From Candidatus Limnocylindria bacterium (GTDB lineage: Bacteria; Chloroflexota; Limnocylindria; QHBO01): a stretch of DNA of 60,217 nucleotides. The notes beneath the pieces are model-generated. The model saw only the letters and a list, made by a program, of their open reading frames with translations, did no database searches and was not told the DNA's origin. The stretch's first letter is position 1. Every line of letters starts with the position of its first letter. The stretch lies in contig DATAOD010000225.1 of NCBI GenBank assembly GCA_036265975.1, forward strand, positions 1 through 60,217, written 5' to 3'. The position numbers and the translations under genes are program-made. Positions 26,276 to 35,736 of this stretch are shown piece after piece.

Positions 26276-27418
26276 TCAGCGCTGGTGCACGGTGGTGTAG
26301 ATCGGCAGGATCTCGCGCCAGACCACGCCCGGTGGCAGGACAACGGGGCTGCCGCCGTGCACGTAGGTCCATCGCGTGACGCTTTTCGGCGTGGGCCGCG
26401 ACCAGTGGACGGCGATCGCCCGTCCGGCCACGTACAGCGTCGCGTCTCCCTTGCCCACCAGGTGGTGGTAGCGCCGCGGGTACCCGCCCGGGTCGTGCGG
26501 GCCGTAGACGACGTCCTCGTGGACGTACTGGACGATGACGCTCTTCGCCGACAGGACCCGATGCGTCCCGGCGTCGATGTGCTCATGCCCGTCCTCGTTT
26601 CGCCGCCACGCACCCAGCTGGCGGTCCCACTCCCAGCCGAAATTCCAGTAGCTGTTGGTCCAGAACTGGACGCTGTGGACCTGGCGCCCGGTCGGCCGCC
26701 TGGCATGCGCGTCGAAGCGGAATGGCGGGCGCAGCTTGCCGACGTGCCTGGCCAGCTTGTCAAGCCGGGCGTTGTGCCCGAAGTCGTCGCGGACCAGCTG
26801 CAGGTCGGTGTAGAGGTTGTGCGGCGCCGGCCGATCGTGGCTGCGCACGTAGTACGGCCACTGTCCGGTGATGCCGTTCACGTAGGGCATGTGCGCCTTG
26901 CGATAGCGCCGGATGCCCTCACCGCCGGCGCCGAACATGTAGGGCAGCACGTGCATGTCCTGCCACAGGTCGATGCTGTAGTAGCGGCCTGAGCGCTCCG
27001 GGCCGACCAGCGCGCCCTCCGTCTTGCGGCACAGGAAGATGCCCGTGTAGCGCGTGACGTCGCCCTCGACGGTGGCCTCGATCACCATGTCGGCCAGTCC
27101 CAGGTTCGTCACCGGTCGGGCCAGCGGATGGTTCTCGATCTGCACCGCCAGCGCCGGGTGCTTGAGCATGGCCGGGTGGGCCAGCGGGAGTCCGTCCAGC
27201 GGGCACACCTTCGCATCGGCCTTCGCCTTGGGGCTCGCGCTGGGAGTGGGCTCGGGCGTTGGGGAAGCCGTCGCCTGTGGAGTGGGGGTGGCAGTGGGGA
27301 CGGCAACCGGCGAGGGCTTTGGCGACCCACCGAACGCGAGCCAGCCGCCTCCCGCGATCACGATCAGGAGGACGGCTGCGGCACCGATCCGGCCGTTCCT
27401 CGACCGCAGCAGGTCCAT
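26276..27418 (-). CDS. DUF3048 (YerB-like) membrane-anchored protein
   Basis: TM anchor plus a Pro/Thr-rich linker, then CPLDGLPL..ALAVQIENHPLARP..GLADMVIEATVEGDVTRYTGIF, which is typical of DUF3048. Confidence 0.7.
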   Translation of the reverse strand: MDLLRSRNGRIGAAAVLLIVIAGGGWLAFGGSPKPSPVAVPTATPTPQATASPTPEPTPSASPKAKADAKVCPLDGLPLAHPAMLKHPALAVQIENHPLARPVTNLGLADMVIEATVEGDVTRYTGIFLCRKTEGALVGPERSGRYYSIDLWQDMHVLPYMFGAGGEGIRRYRKAHMPYVNGITGQWPYYVRSHDRPAPHNLYTDLQLVRDDFGHNARLDKLARHVGKLRPPFRFDAHARRPTGRQVHSVQFWTNSYWNFGWEWDRQLGAWRRNEDGHEHIDAGTHRVLSAKSVIVQYVHEDVVYGPHDPGGYPRRYHHLVGKGDATLYVAGRAIAVHWSRPTPKSVTRWTYVHGGSPVVLPPGVVWREILPIYTTVHQR

Positions 27419-27478
27419 GCCTTCATGCTAGCCCAGCCGGCCGGGCCACCGTGGGACGCCTGCTAGACTCGCGCGGTC

Positions 27479-28651
27479 ATGCCCGGCTTCTCCACCCGCG
27501 CGATTCGGGCCGCCAGCCGTGTGCCGCAGGCTCCGCAGGCGCCTATCAACGTCCCGATCTACCAGACCAGCACGTTCGAGGTGTCGAGCGCGGAAGAGCT
27601 CGCCCAGCTGCTCGAGTTCGCGCGTCCGGGGCACTCGTACAGCCGCTATTCGAACCCGACCCACGCAGCGCTCGAGTCCGCGCTGGCTGAGCTGGAGGGC
27701 GCGGAGGCGTGCCACGTCACCGCATCGGGCATGGCTGCCATCCACGCGGTGATGCTGTCAACGTTGCGGGCCGGGGACCGGGTGGTGATTCCGTCCGCCG
27801 TGTACGGCGGAGTAGTCGGGCTCGCCCAGGCGGTCCTCGAGCGATCCGGCATCGAGACCGTCGCGGTCGACACCACCCGGCCCGATGCGGTCCGCGACGC
27901 CATGTCGGACCGCACCAGGCTTGTCTGGGCCGAGACGATCAGCAATCCCACCACGGCCATGGCGGACATCGCGGCCCTCGCCCAGGTGGCGCATGCCGCC
28001 GGCGCAACGCTGGCCGTGGACAACACCTTCGCGTCCCCGTACCTGGCCAATCCGCTGTCGCTCGGCGCGGACGTGATCGTGCACTCGACCACCAAGTACA
28101 TCGCCGGGCACTCGGACATCACCGGTGGCGCGATCCTGGGCAGCGCTGATCGGGTGGCTGCAGCCCGCCATGTCGTGATCAACGCCGGTGGCAACGCGGC
28201 GCCGCTCGAGGCGTTCCTTGCCCTGCGCGGCATCAAGACGCTGGCGCTGCGCATGGACCGCCACTCCTCCAACGCCCTGGCCGTGGCCTGCGCGCTCGAG
28301 CAGGTGGCGGGCGTGGCCGCCGTGCTCTACCCCGGCCTGGAGTCGCACCCGCAGCATGCCCTGGCGCAGCGCGTCCTGCGGGATGGCAAGGCCGGCGGCA
28401 TGCTCAGCGTGGACCTGGCAGGTGGTCGCGAGGCCGGCGAGCGTTTCCTGAATCGCCTGCACGTGGCGGTGCATGCCACCAGCCTGGGCAGCGTCGAGAC
28501 CCTGTGCAGCCACCCGGCGTCGTCGTCGCACCGGCAGCTGGACGACGAGGGGCTGGCGCGCGCGGGCCTGACGCCGGGCATGGTCCGCATCTCCATCGGC
28601 CTGGAGGACCCCGATGACCTGGTGGCCGACCTGGCTGCTGCCGCGGCCTGA
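27479..28651 (+). CDS. Cys/Met-metabolism PLP enzyme (cystathionine gamma-synthase / O-acylhomoserine sulfhydrylase / methionine gamma-lyase family)
   Basis: PIYQTSTF..YSRYSNPT..VHSTTKYIAGHSDITGGAI (PLP Lys)..RISIGLEDPDDL. Confidence 0.85.
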   Translation: MPGFSTRAIRAASRVPQAPQAPINVPIYQTSTFEVSSAEELAQLLEFARPGHSYSRYSNPTHAALESALAELEGAEACHVTASGMAAIHAVMLSTLRAGDRVVIPSAVYGGVVGLAQAVLERSGIETVAVDTTRPDAVRDAMSDRTRLVWAETISNPTTAMADIAALAQVAHAAGATLAVDNTFASPYLANPLSLGADVIVHSTTKYIAGHSDITGGAILGSADRVAAARHVVINAGGNAAPLEAFLALRGIKTLALRMDRHSSNALAVACALEQVAGVAAVLYPGLESHPQHALAQRVLRDGKAGGMLSVDLAGGREAGERFLNRLHVAVHATSLGSVETLCSHPASSSHRQLDDEGLARAGLTPGMVRISIGLEDPDDLVADLAAAAA

Positions 28652-28663
28652 GCCCGGGGCCGC

Positions 28664-29692
28664 ATGACCAGCGTCGTCGACATCTGGCGCGCGGTCGATC
28701 CGGAAGCGCGACTCGCCTCCGGTGCCGCTGCCCAGCTTTCACACCCCGTGCGCACGATCCTTCGCAGCCGGGCGGTGGCTCCTCACCTGCCGGAGCCAGC
28801 CGACGGCGCGCTGCTGGTCCTGGATGGCGGCGCGGTCGGCTTCGGCGACGTGGGTGAGCTGGTGGCTGTCCTCGAGGACGCGCGGCTCGCGCCCGTGGCA
28901 GTGATGCTGACCGGCTCTGCGCGCGCGCTGGACCGCAGCGATCATTGGCTGCCGGTGATCGTCAGCGACCGCCCGGTGCAGCGCCTGGCCACCGAGGCCG
29001 CCGACTACCTGGCCGATGAGCGCGGATTCCTGGATCGCGTGGCCACCGAGCTGCGCCTGGCATGCGCCGAGGCCGCCCTGGGCGATCCGCAGTTGGCCAC
29101 GCCGGCCGGGCTGATCGCGGCGCGCATTGACCGAGGAGTCGCGATCGAGGTCGACGGGCAGCTGGCCACGCTCCACCCGCGAGCCGCGGGGCGTGCACTG
29201 GCGGCGCGCTTCGCGGCCCTGCACGCGGCCCTGCTTTCCGGCTCCGGCGCGGCGCGGCGCGAGCCCATGCACCGCACGCGCGACGGCCTGTGGCTGGTCG
29301 AGGGCCGCATCCGGCCCGGCGCATCGGCCTGGCTGTTCGACGATCGGCCGCTGGCCGCCGTGGACGAGGTGGCGATCGGCGCGTTGACCGTCACCGCGCG
29401 CGCGCTGCTGCGCCGGCCCGCGCCCGCTCCCACAGTTCGTCAGGCAGCGGCGCGGCCGCTGACCGCCCCGGGTGGGGATGCGCTCGACGCCACGCTCCTT
29501 GCCGTCGCGCGCGCCAATGGTCGCATCGCACCTGCTGCCCGGGCGCTGGGGGTGCATCGCAATACCGTCCTCTACCGGTTGCGCAGGGCCCTGGCGGAGC
29601 GTGGCGTGGATCCCCGCCGGCCGCAGGACGCGCTGCGCATCCTGGCCGAGGCCCAGCCGAAAGCTACCGGGGAGCATCGGCCTCCCAACTGA
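28664..29692 (+). CDS. PucR-family transcriptional regulator (C-terminal HTH)
   Basis: C-terminal LLAVARANGRIAPAARALGVHRNTVLYRLRRALAERGVD is the PucR_C HTH signature. Located directly upstream of glnA. Confidence 0.7.
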   Translation: MTSVVDIWRAVDPEARLASGAAAQLSHPVRTILRSRAVAPHLPEPADGALLVLDGGAVGFGDVGELVAVLEDARLAPVAVMLTGSARALDRSDHWLPVIVSDRPVQRLATEAADYLADERGFLDRVATELRLACAEAALGDPQLATPAGLIAARIDRGVAIEVDGQLATLHPRAAGRALAARFAALHAALLSGSGAARREPMHRTRDGLWLVEGRIRPGASAWLFDDRPLAAVDEVAIGALTVTARALLRRPAPAPTVRQAAARPLTAPGGDALDATLLAVARANGRIAPAARALGVHRNTVLYRLRRALAERGVDPRRPQDALRILAEAQPKATGEHRPPN

Positions 29693-29728
29693 CAGGCAGT
29701 CCGCACCCCTGGCGGCAATGGGGGATCC

Positions 29729-29745
29729 TTGTGCACAGTGCACAA
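29729..29745. promoter_or_regulatory. perfect 17-bp palindrome TTGTGCAC-A-GTGCACAA in the glnA leader (candidate operator)
   Basis: Read directly: ttgtgcac a gtgcacaa, 111 nt upstream of the glnA ATG and 37 nt after the PucR-like stop. Confidence 0.35.
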
Positions 29746-29855
29746 CTATTGCCGTGCCCCAGCCCCGACTCAGCACCCCACACGGCGCCACGGACCGGCT
29801 AGCCTCGACGCATCCCATTCAGGGACTCCCGCCTGCACGAGGAGCCGATCGACCC

Positions 29856-31220
29856 ATGCCGTCCAAGGAGCTCAACGCCGCCCTGAAGCTGGCCGAGGAG
29901 CGCAACCTGCGCTTCGTCAGCCTGCAGTTCACCGACATCGTTGGCGCGGTGAAATCCGTCCAGGTGCCCATGCACCAGCTCGAGGAGGCGGTCGAGCACG
30001 GCAAGTGGTTCGACGGCTCGAGCATCGAGGGCTTTGCGCGCATCGCCGAATCGGACATGTTCCTGGTGCCCGACCTGGCGACGTTCTCGCCCATCCCCTG
30101 GGAGCTGGGCTTAGAGGTGGACGGCAGCCCGCGCGCCACCGGCGCGGCCCGGGTGATCTGCGACGTCTTCACGCCGAACGGCGACCCGTTCCCCGGCGAC
30201 CCGCGCTGGGTCCTGCGCCGGCAGATCGACCGGGCCAGCAAGCTGGGCTATGTGCTGAACACCGGGCCGGAGCTCGAATTCTTCCTGCTGCGCCGCAGTG
30301 AGACCGACGTCGAGACGCTGCCTCACGACGCGGCCGGCTATTTCGACCTGTCCGAGGACCTCGGCACCGAGGTCCGCAAGGAGATGATGAACGACCTCGA
30401 GGCCTTCGGGATCAAGGTCGAGACCGCGCACCACGAGGTCGCCACCGGACAGCACGAGATCGACTTCGAATACGCCGATGCGCTGCGCACCGCCGACAAC
30501 GCGGTGACCTTCAAGACCACGCTCAAGGCCGTCGCCGCGCGGCAGGGCCTCTATGCGACGTTCATGCCCAAGCCGTTCTTCGGCATGAACGGCAACGGCA
30601 TGCACACCCACCAGAGCCTGTGGGACGTCAAGAAAGGGAAGAATTCCTTCGCCGACGCGAAGGACGAGTACGGCCTGTCCGATACCGCCCGCAGCTACAT
30701 CGCCGGCATCCTGGAGCACGCGCGCGGCATGATCGCCGTGCTGGCCCCGCTGGTCAACAGCTACAAGCGGCTGGTGCCGGGCTACGAGGCGCCGGTGTAC
30801 ATCGGCTGGGCGCGCATCAACCGCTCCGCCCTTGTCCGCATCCCGCAGATCAGCAAGGGGCAGCTGAACTCGACCCGGATCGAGCTGCGCTGCCCGGATC
30901 CGTCATCCAACCCGTACCTGGCCTTCGCCTGCATGCTGGCATCGGGCCTGGACGGCATCGAGCGCAAGCTCACGCCGCCGGCGCCGGTGGAGGAGAACCT
31001 CTACCACTTCGACGCTGCCAAGCTGGCCAGCCGCAAGATCCGGCAGCTGCCGGGCACGCTGCGCGAGGCGCTGGACGAGCTGCAGGCCGACTCCGTCATC
31101 GCCGAGGCGCTGGGCGAGCACGTCTTCGAGCGCTTCGTCGAGGCCAAGGCGGAGGAGTGGGACGAGTACCGTATGCAGGTCACGGCCTGGGAGGTCGAGC
31201 GCTACCTGGAGGCCTTCTGA
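29856..31220 (+). CDS. glnA: glutamine synthetase, type I
   Basis: Start at the ATG (29856); the ORF-track start at 29472 is an upstream read-through. MPSKELNAALKLAEERNLRFVSLQFTDIVG..WFDGSSIEGF..GPELEFFL..NGNGMHTHQSLW..NSYKRLVPGYEAP..RIELRCPD. Confidence 0.95.
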   Translation: MPSKELNAALKLAEERNLRFVSLQFTDIVGAVKSVQVPMHQLEEAVEHGKWFDGSSIEGFARIAESDMFLVPDLATFSPIPWELGLEVDGSPRATGAARVICDVFTPNGDPFPGDPRWVLRRQIDRASKLGYVLNTGPELEFFLLRRSETDVETLPHDAAGYFDLSEDLGTEVRKEMMNDLEAFGIKVETAHHEVATGQHEIDFEYADALRTADNAVTFKTTLKAVAARQGLYATFMPKPFFGMNGNGMHTHQSLWDVKKGKNSFADAKDEYGLSDTARSYIAGILEHARGMIAVLAPLVNSYKRLVPGYEAPVYIGWARINRSALVRIPQISKGQLNSTRIELRCPDPSSNPYLAFACMLASGLDGIERKLTPPAPVEENLYHFDAAKLASRKIRQLPGTLREALDELQADSVIAEALGEHVFERFVEAKAEEWDEYRMQVTAWEVERYLEAF

Positions 31221-31452
31221 CGCGCGGCGAGCAGCCGGCCACGCCATCGGCCCGGAAGTTGCAGGGGTCAAAGCGGGAAACGACGGCTCGGGCGCTTGTG
31301 TCGTAGCATGCAAGCGCTCGGGCGCTCATGCTGGACCTGCCGCGATATACTGCGCCCGGCCGCGAGGGCACCGGGGCCGGAGCCTTCGCTGACCATGACT
31401 CGCGCGACTTCGCGATGCCGAGCGAACCGGTAGCAGTCAGGAGGAGGCCGAC

Positions 31453-32118
31453 TTGGAGCAGATCACGCAGCCGAGGCCCTCCGTTCGCGTTGCCTCACCA
31501 AGCGCCCTGCTCTACCGCATCACCAAGCGAGCCTTCGACATCGTCGCATCAGCCGCTGGCCTGGTGATCCTGTCCCCACTGCTCCTGGTCGTGGCGGCCG
31601 CCATCGTGATCGACGACGGCCTGCCCGTCCTGTACCGATGCCAGCGCATCGGCCGCTTCGGGCGGACCATCACGGTCCTCAAGTTCCGCACCATGCGCGA
31701 CGGCAGCCACCACCACCTGCAGGAGCTGCTCAGCGTGGACGAGGAGAAGCGCCTCGAGTACCACCGCAAGCGGAAGCTGCGCGACGACCCGCGGCGCACC
31801 AGGGTTGGGATCTTCCTGCGCCGCACCTCGCTGGACGAGCTGGCACAGCTGATCAACGTGCTCGTCGGCGACATGAGCATCGTCGGACCGCGACCCTACC
31901 TGCCGAACGAGCTGTTGCACCGGGCCGAGGGGCGGCAGATCCTGCGCGTGCGGCCCGGCATCACCGGGCTGTGGCAGGTCAACGGCCGCTCCGATCGCAC
32001 GTTCGAGGAGCGGATCGCCTTCGACCTCGAGTACGTGCGCAAGCGCGGGATCCGCCAGGACGTCTCCATCCTGGCGCGGACCATTGGCGCGGTCCTGAGC
32101 GGACGCGGCGCCTACTGA
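31453..32118 (+). CDS. monotopic phosphoglycosyl transferase ('bacterial sugar transferase', PglC/WbaP-C/EpsL type)
   Basis: TTG start preceded by aggaggagg. KRAFDIVASAAGLVILSPLLLVVAAAIVIDDG..PVLYRCQRIG..FRTM..DELAQLINVLVGDMSIVGPRP. Confidence 0.85.
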   Translation: MEQITQPRPSVRVASPSALLYRITKRAFDIVASAAGLVILSPLLLVVAAAIVIDDGLPVLYRCQRIGRFGRTITVLKFRTMRDGSHHHLQELLSVDEEKRLEYHRKRKLRDDPRRTRVGIFLRRTSLDELAQLINVLVGDMSIVGPRPYLPNELLHRAEGRQILRVRPGITGLWQVNGRSDRTFEERIAFDLEYVRKRGIRQDVSILARTIGAVLSGRGAY

Positions 32119-33578
32119 CCTCCGGCTCCGGCGCCTTCGCCTGAGCCGATGAGGCTCGTGGCCAGGCCAAGCAGGAACCAGCCGGCGAAGCTGACGGTGT
32201 TGCCTTCCAGCACCATCTCGGTGATGCCGTCCACCGTCAGCACGATGACCCCCGCGACGCAAGCCGCCACCAGGAGCCGTCGATCGATATCGGGCGTCGT
32301 GCGCGCACGACGCAGCCCATCGGCCCCTCCGGCGACCAGCGCGCCAAGGAAGGCGAGCGTGCCCAGGACGCCCGCCTCGACCAGCAGGTGCAGCCAGAAG
32401 TTGTCGACCGTGCGGCCGACCGGAGGCGTCCCCTGCGGGTAGGCGGTGTACAGCGGAGAGCCGTAGGTCCGGGCCACCGCGCCGCCATACCGGCCGGGGC
32501 CGGCCCCGAGCAGCAGGTGGTCGCCGATGATCGGCGCCGCATTGGCAACGAAGGAGACCCGCAGGTCGCCTTCGCCCAGGGCCTCGAGGCGACCGAAGGT
32601 CGCGGCGATGACGTCGAAGCGCTCCGCACCCCGGTCCGCGTACAGCAGGTGGCGCGGCAGGACCAGCGCGATGCCGAACGCCACGATTCCCACCACCGCC
32701 AGCGCCAGGATCACCCGCCGCTCGACCAGGATGCCGGTGATCACTGCGGCCACGACCAGCGCCAGCCAGGCTCCCCGCGAGAACGTGTACAGCAGCGCGA
32801 GCGCCAGCAGCAGGCATAGCGCGGCCGGTGCCAGGCGGGCGCTGCCCCGGGCGACCGCCAGCCGATGGGCGGGGAACGGCAGCGCCATGGCCAGCACCAC
32901 GCCGAGCAGGTTCGGGCTGACGAAGAACGAGGCGATGCGTGCTCCCTCGGAGAACCTGCCGCTGAAGCTCTCGAGCCCCAGGAAGTTCGGATGAAGCAGC
33001 ACCTGGCCCATGCCCAGCACTGCCGCCACCGCTGCCACCGCCACGAACGCAATTGAGGCGTATCTGCCGGCGCCCGTCGGGAACGGGACGAGCCGCGGCA
33101 GGAGGAAGAGGAGGGTCGCGTCCAGGGTGAACAGCAGGCCGGCGCCGGCGATGGCAGGCGGCACGCCGTTCACGGCAGCCGAGAGGGCGCCCAGCACGGC
33201 GAAGGCAAGCAGGGCAGCCGTCACGGGATGCCACAGCGCGCCGCGCAGCCGATGCTCCACCAGCCCGCGGAGGAGCACACAGACGCCCACCACCGCCAAC
33301 AGCGCCTCGCTGGCGAAGGCCGTGGCCTGCTGCAGCCCCGGCGGGAGCAGGAGGCTCACCACGAAGCGATCGAGCAGCGGCGCCAGGACCACCGCCACCA
33401 GCATCGCGCGGGGGTGCCGCCAGGCGAGGTAAGCGGCGGCGCCGAGCGCGGCCGCGGCGCCGGCGTAGAACGCGGCTTCTGATATCCGAGCACCGGCCAC
33501 GGCAACTATCAGAGCCCCCGCCGCGAGGGCCACGGCAACGAGCGTTCCCCTGTCGAAGCCTCGCGCGCTGGAGATCAC
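32112..33578 (-). CDS. O-antigen polymerase/ligase-like membrane protein (Wzy family)
   Basis: Polytopic membrane protein with a Wzy_C-like LLYTFSRGAWLALVVAAV. The start is uncertain: the ORF track gives 33674, which overlaps the divergent gene, so I use the in-frame GTG at 33578. Confidence 0.65.
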   Translation of the reverse strand: MISSARGFDRGTLVAVALAAGALIVAVAGARISEAAFYAGAAAALGAAAYLAWRHPRAMLVAVVLAPLLDRFVVSLLLPPGLQQATAFASEALLAVVGVCVLLRGLVEHRLRGALWHPVTAALLAFAVLGALSAAVNGVPPAIAGAGLLFTLDATLLFLLPRLVPFPTGAGRYASIAFVAVAAVAAVLGMGQVLLHPNFLGLESFSGRFSEGARIASFFVSPNLLGVVLAMALPFPAHRLAVARGSARLAPAALCLLLALALLYTFSRGAWLALVVAAVITGILVERRVILALAVVGIVAFGIALVLPRHLLYADRGAERFDVIAATFGRLEALGEGDLRVSFVANAAPIIGDHLLLGAGPGRYGGAVARTYGSPLYTAYPQGTPPVGRTVDNFWLHLLVEAGVLGTLAFLGALVAGGADGLRRARTTPDIDRRLLVAACVAGVIVLTVDGITEMVLEGNTVSFAGWFLLGLATSLIGSGEGAGAGGQ

Positions 33579-33609
33579 CGCCGGAGTATGGCGAACGGCC
33601 AACCCTAGA

Positions 33610-34299
33610 ATGCGCGGTGTGCCGACCCTGGCCGTGATTCCCGCCCGCGCCGGCTCGCGTGGCCTGCCGGGCAAGCACCTGCGCCGGATCGGCGGCGAGC
33701 CGATGGTCCTTCACACCCTGCGGGCGGCGCTTGACGCGAAACGGGTCGATCTGGTTGTGGTGAGCACGAACGATCCAGACGTCGCGCGTGTCGCGCGTGG
33801 GGCCGGCGTGCAGGTGGTCGATCGGCCGGAGGCTCTCGCAAGCGATGACGCCTCGACCGTGTCGGCAGTACGCCACGCCCTGCGCCGCGCGGAAGTGGAT
33901 ACCGGTCGCGGCACCTACGAGTTGATCGTCACCCTGCAGCCGACCTCTCCGCTGCGCAGCGCCGCGCAGATCGACCGTGCGATCGCCGTCCTGGACGATC
34001 CGGGCGTGGACAGCGCGGTGAGCGTGGTCGAGCTCGGCTTGCCTGCCAGCGTCGTCGGCTGGCTTGCCGATGGCCGCCTGCATCGAGGTTCGGCAGCGCC
34101 CTCCGGCCGCCGCCAGGACTCACCGGTCGCCGCCAGGATCACGGGCGGCGTCTATGTCACGCGGCGTGCCCTGCTCGACCGTGGCCGCCTCCTGGGCCGC
34201 GCGCCGGCGGCAGTCGTGGTCGACGCCGCGAGTGCGGTCGACGTGGACGACCCCGATGACCTGGCCGAGGCGCGGCGGCAGTGGCGCCGCAGGCGGTGA
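33610..34299 (+). CDS. neuA: CMP-nonulosonic acid synthetase (acylneuraminate cytidylyltransferase family, NeuA/LegF/PseF)
   Basis: LAVIPARAGSRGLPGKHLRRIGGEPMV..LQPTSPLR. Confidence 0.8.
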   Translation: MRGVPTLAVIPARAGSRGLPGKHLRRIGGEPMVLHTLRAALDAKRVDLVVVSTNDPDVARVARGAGVQVVDRPEALASDDASTVSAVRHALRRAEVDTGRGTYELIVTLQPTSPLRSAAQIDRAIAVLDDPGVDSAVSVVELGLPASVVGWLADGRLHRGSAAPSGRRQDSPVAARITGGVYVTRRALLDRGRLLGRAPAAVVVDAASAVDVDDPDDLAEARRQWRRRR

Positions 34300-35735
34300 C
34301 GGCAGTCGACCCGGTCGACGCACGCCGCCTGGCGCTCCTGCTGGTCGAGTCCGTGGCCCGCGCCGAGCCGGCGTTGCTGGAGCTCAACGCGGTCGAGCTC
34401 GGCGGGTCGCTGGAGCAGCAGCTCTTCTTCGCTCTCCGGGACGGTTCGGATGGCGGGCCGCCCGGCCTTTCCCACGTCCTGGCGCTTGGCCGGGCGGCCG
34501 CGGCCGGCGCGCTGGGGGTCGCGGGACCGCTGCGCCGCGCGCCCGTCGAGGCCGGCGGCGCCCTGGCGCTGGTGCGCGAGCCGACCCATGACGCCGTGCT
34601 GCGAGGGCTTGCGGATGAGCTCACCACACTTGGTGTTGGCCTCGCAACGGTTCGGACCGGGCGAGCGGCCCGTGCGCCCGCTCCCAGCGGGCCGCCCTCG
34701 GCATCGCTCGCGGGCTTCGTGACCCCGGCCGCTGTTGCGCGGCTCTGGCGCATGCAGGCGATGCTCCTGGCCCGCAGCGCCAATGCCACCGCCGGTTGGC
34801 CAGCCATCGCGGGCGATGCCGCGGCCGAAGGCATGCGGTCCGTGCTGGTCCGCGAGCTGCCGCGCATCGCGCTCGGGGCGGCTGCGCTGTCCGGCGCAGT
34901 GCGCGCCTGGCGGCCGCGAGTGCTGGTGGCGTTCGACGAGATCGGGACCTGGGCCAGGCTGCTGCCCGCCGTCGCGCGGGCCTCGGGCATCCCGAGCCTG
35001 GACCTGCCGCATGCCGAGGCAGCGGATACCGCGGCACTACGGGGAGCCGCGTACGACCGCATGGCGGTCTACGGCCCGCGCGCGGCGCAGGTCCTGCGCG
35101 AAGCCAGCATCGGCGAGGAGCGGATCTGCCAGATCGGCGCACCGCGCTTCGACCCGCTGGTGCGTGTGATGGCCGACCAGCCGCCGCGTGCCGAGCGGCG
35201 GCGAATCGTGCTCGCGGCGCAGTACGAGACGGGACGCATGACGCGCGCGCTGCTGGATGCCACCCGGCGTGCCGCCTTCGACGTGGCCCTGGCAGTGGGA
35301 CCCTCCGAGCTGGTGGTGGTGCCGCACCCCGCCGGCGCAGGAGAGCCGCTCCCCGAGGCTGCGGCGGGCGTGGCCGTGCGGTTGGGTGAGGCGGGCCTGC
35401 ACGCGGAGCTGCCCGGAGCGTGGCTGATGGTCACCGGCTGGTCGAACAGCGTGTTCGAGGCGGCGATTGCGGGCGTACCGGCGCTGACCGTGTCACCGCC
35501 CGGTGTTGCGCCGATCGACTTCGCCGCGGACGGCCTGGCGATTGCCGCGTCTGATCCGGCCAGCGCGGCAGCGGCCGCACTGCGGCTGCTGGACCCGGAC
35601 GCGCACCGAGCGGCGGCGGAAGGCGCCAGGGCAGCGCTGGTGTCCCGGCTCGGACCGATCGATGGTGGCGCGACCCGGCGGGCGGCGCGCCTGGTGCAGG
35701 AGCTCATCGTGGGTCACCCGCAGTCGGCAACCTAG
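34296..35735 (+). CDS. hypothetical protein, GT-B-like C-terminal half (candidate nonulosonic-acid transferase or pathway enzyme)
   Basis: Coding-like G/C at codon position 3 throughout. The GTG at 34296 overlaps the neuA stop; the ORF-track start is 34281. RVLVAFDEIGTWARLLP..GIPSLDLPHAE..ICQIGAPRFDPL..LMVTGWSNSVFEAAIAGVPALTV resembles the nucleotide-sugar-binding half of MurG/PseG/TagF-type folds. No confident family assignment. Confidence 0.5.
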   Translation: MTAVDPVDARRLALLLVESVARAEPALLELNAVELGGSLEQQLFFALRDGSDGGPPGLSHVLALGRAAAAGALGVAGPLRRAPVEAGGALALVREPTHDAVLRGLADELTTLGVGLATVRTGRAARAPAPSGPPSASLAGFVTPAAVARLWRMQAMLLARSANATAGWPAIAGDAAAEGMRSVLVRELPRIALGAAALSGAVRAWRPRVLVAFDEIGTWARLLPAVARASGIPSLDLPHAEAADTAALRGAAYDRMAVYGPRAAQVLREASIGEERICQIGAPRFDPLVRVMADQPPRAERRRIVLAAQYETGRMTRALLDATRRAAFDVALAVGPSELVVVPHPAGAGEPLPEAAAGVAVRLGEAGLHAELPGAWLMVTGWSNSVFEAAIAGVPALTVSPPGVAPIDFAADGLAIAASDPASAAAAALRLLDPDAHRAAAEGARAALVSRLGPIDGGATRRAARLVQELIVGHPQSAT

Positions 35736-35736
35736 A

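Noticed and set aside
26266-26290. AGCGCT-c-AGCGCT motif between the convergent GGDEF and DUF3048 genes as a bidirectional terminator.
   Set aside because: The possible stem is only 4-6 bp with a tiny loop and no U-tract, so it is not distinguishable from chance in this GC-rich sequence.
27419-27478. Possible SAM/T-box-type riboswitch upstream of the metB-like gene.
   Set aside because: The divergent intergenic region is only 60 nt, too short for any known Met/SAM riboswitch or T-box leader.
29729-29745. Reading the glnA palindrome as a TnrA/GlnR box or an NtcA site.
   Set aside because: TnrA/GlnR needs TGTNA-N7-TNACA (17 bp, with A/T at positions 5 and 13) and NtcA needs GTA-N8-TAC. Here the half-sites are TGTGCAC/GTGCACA with a single central base. 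I keep it only as an unassigned candidate operator.
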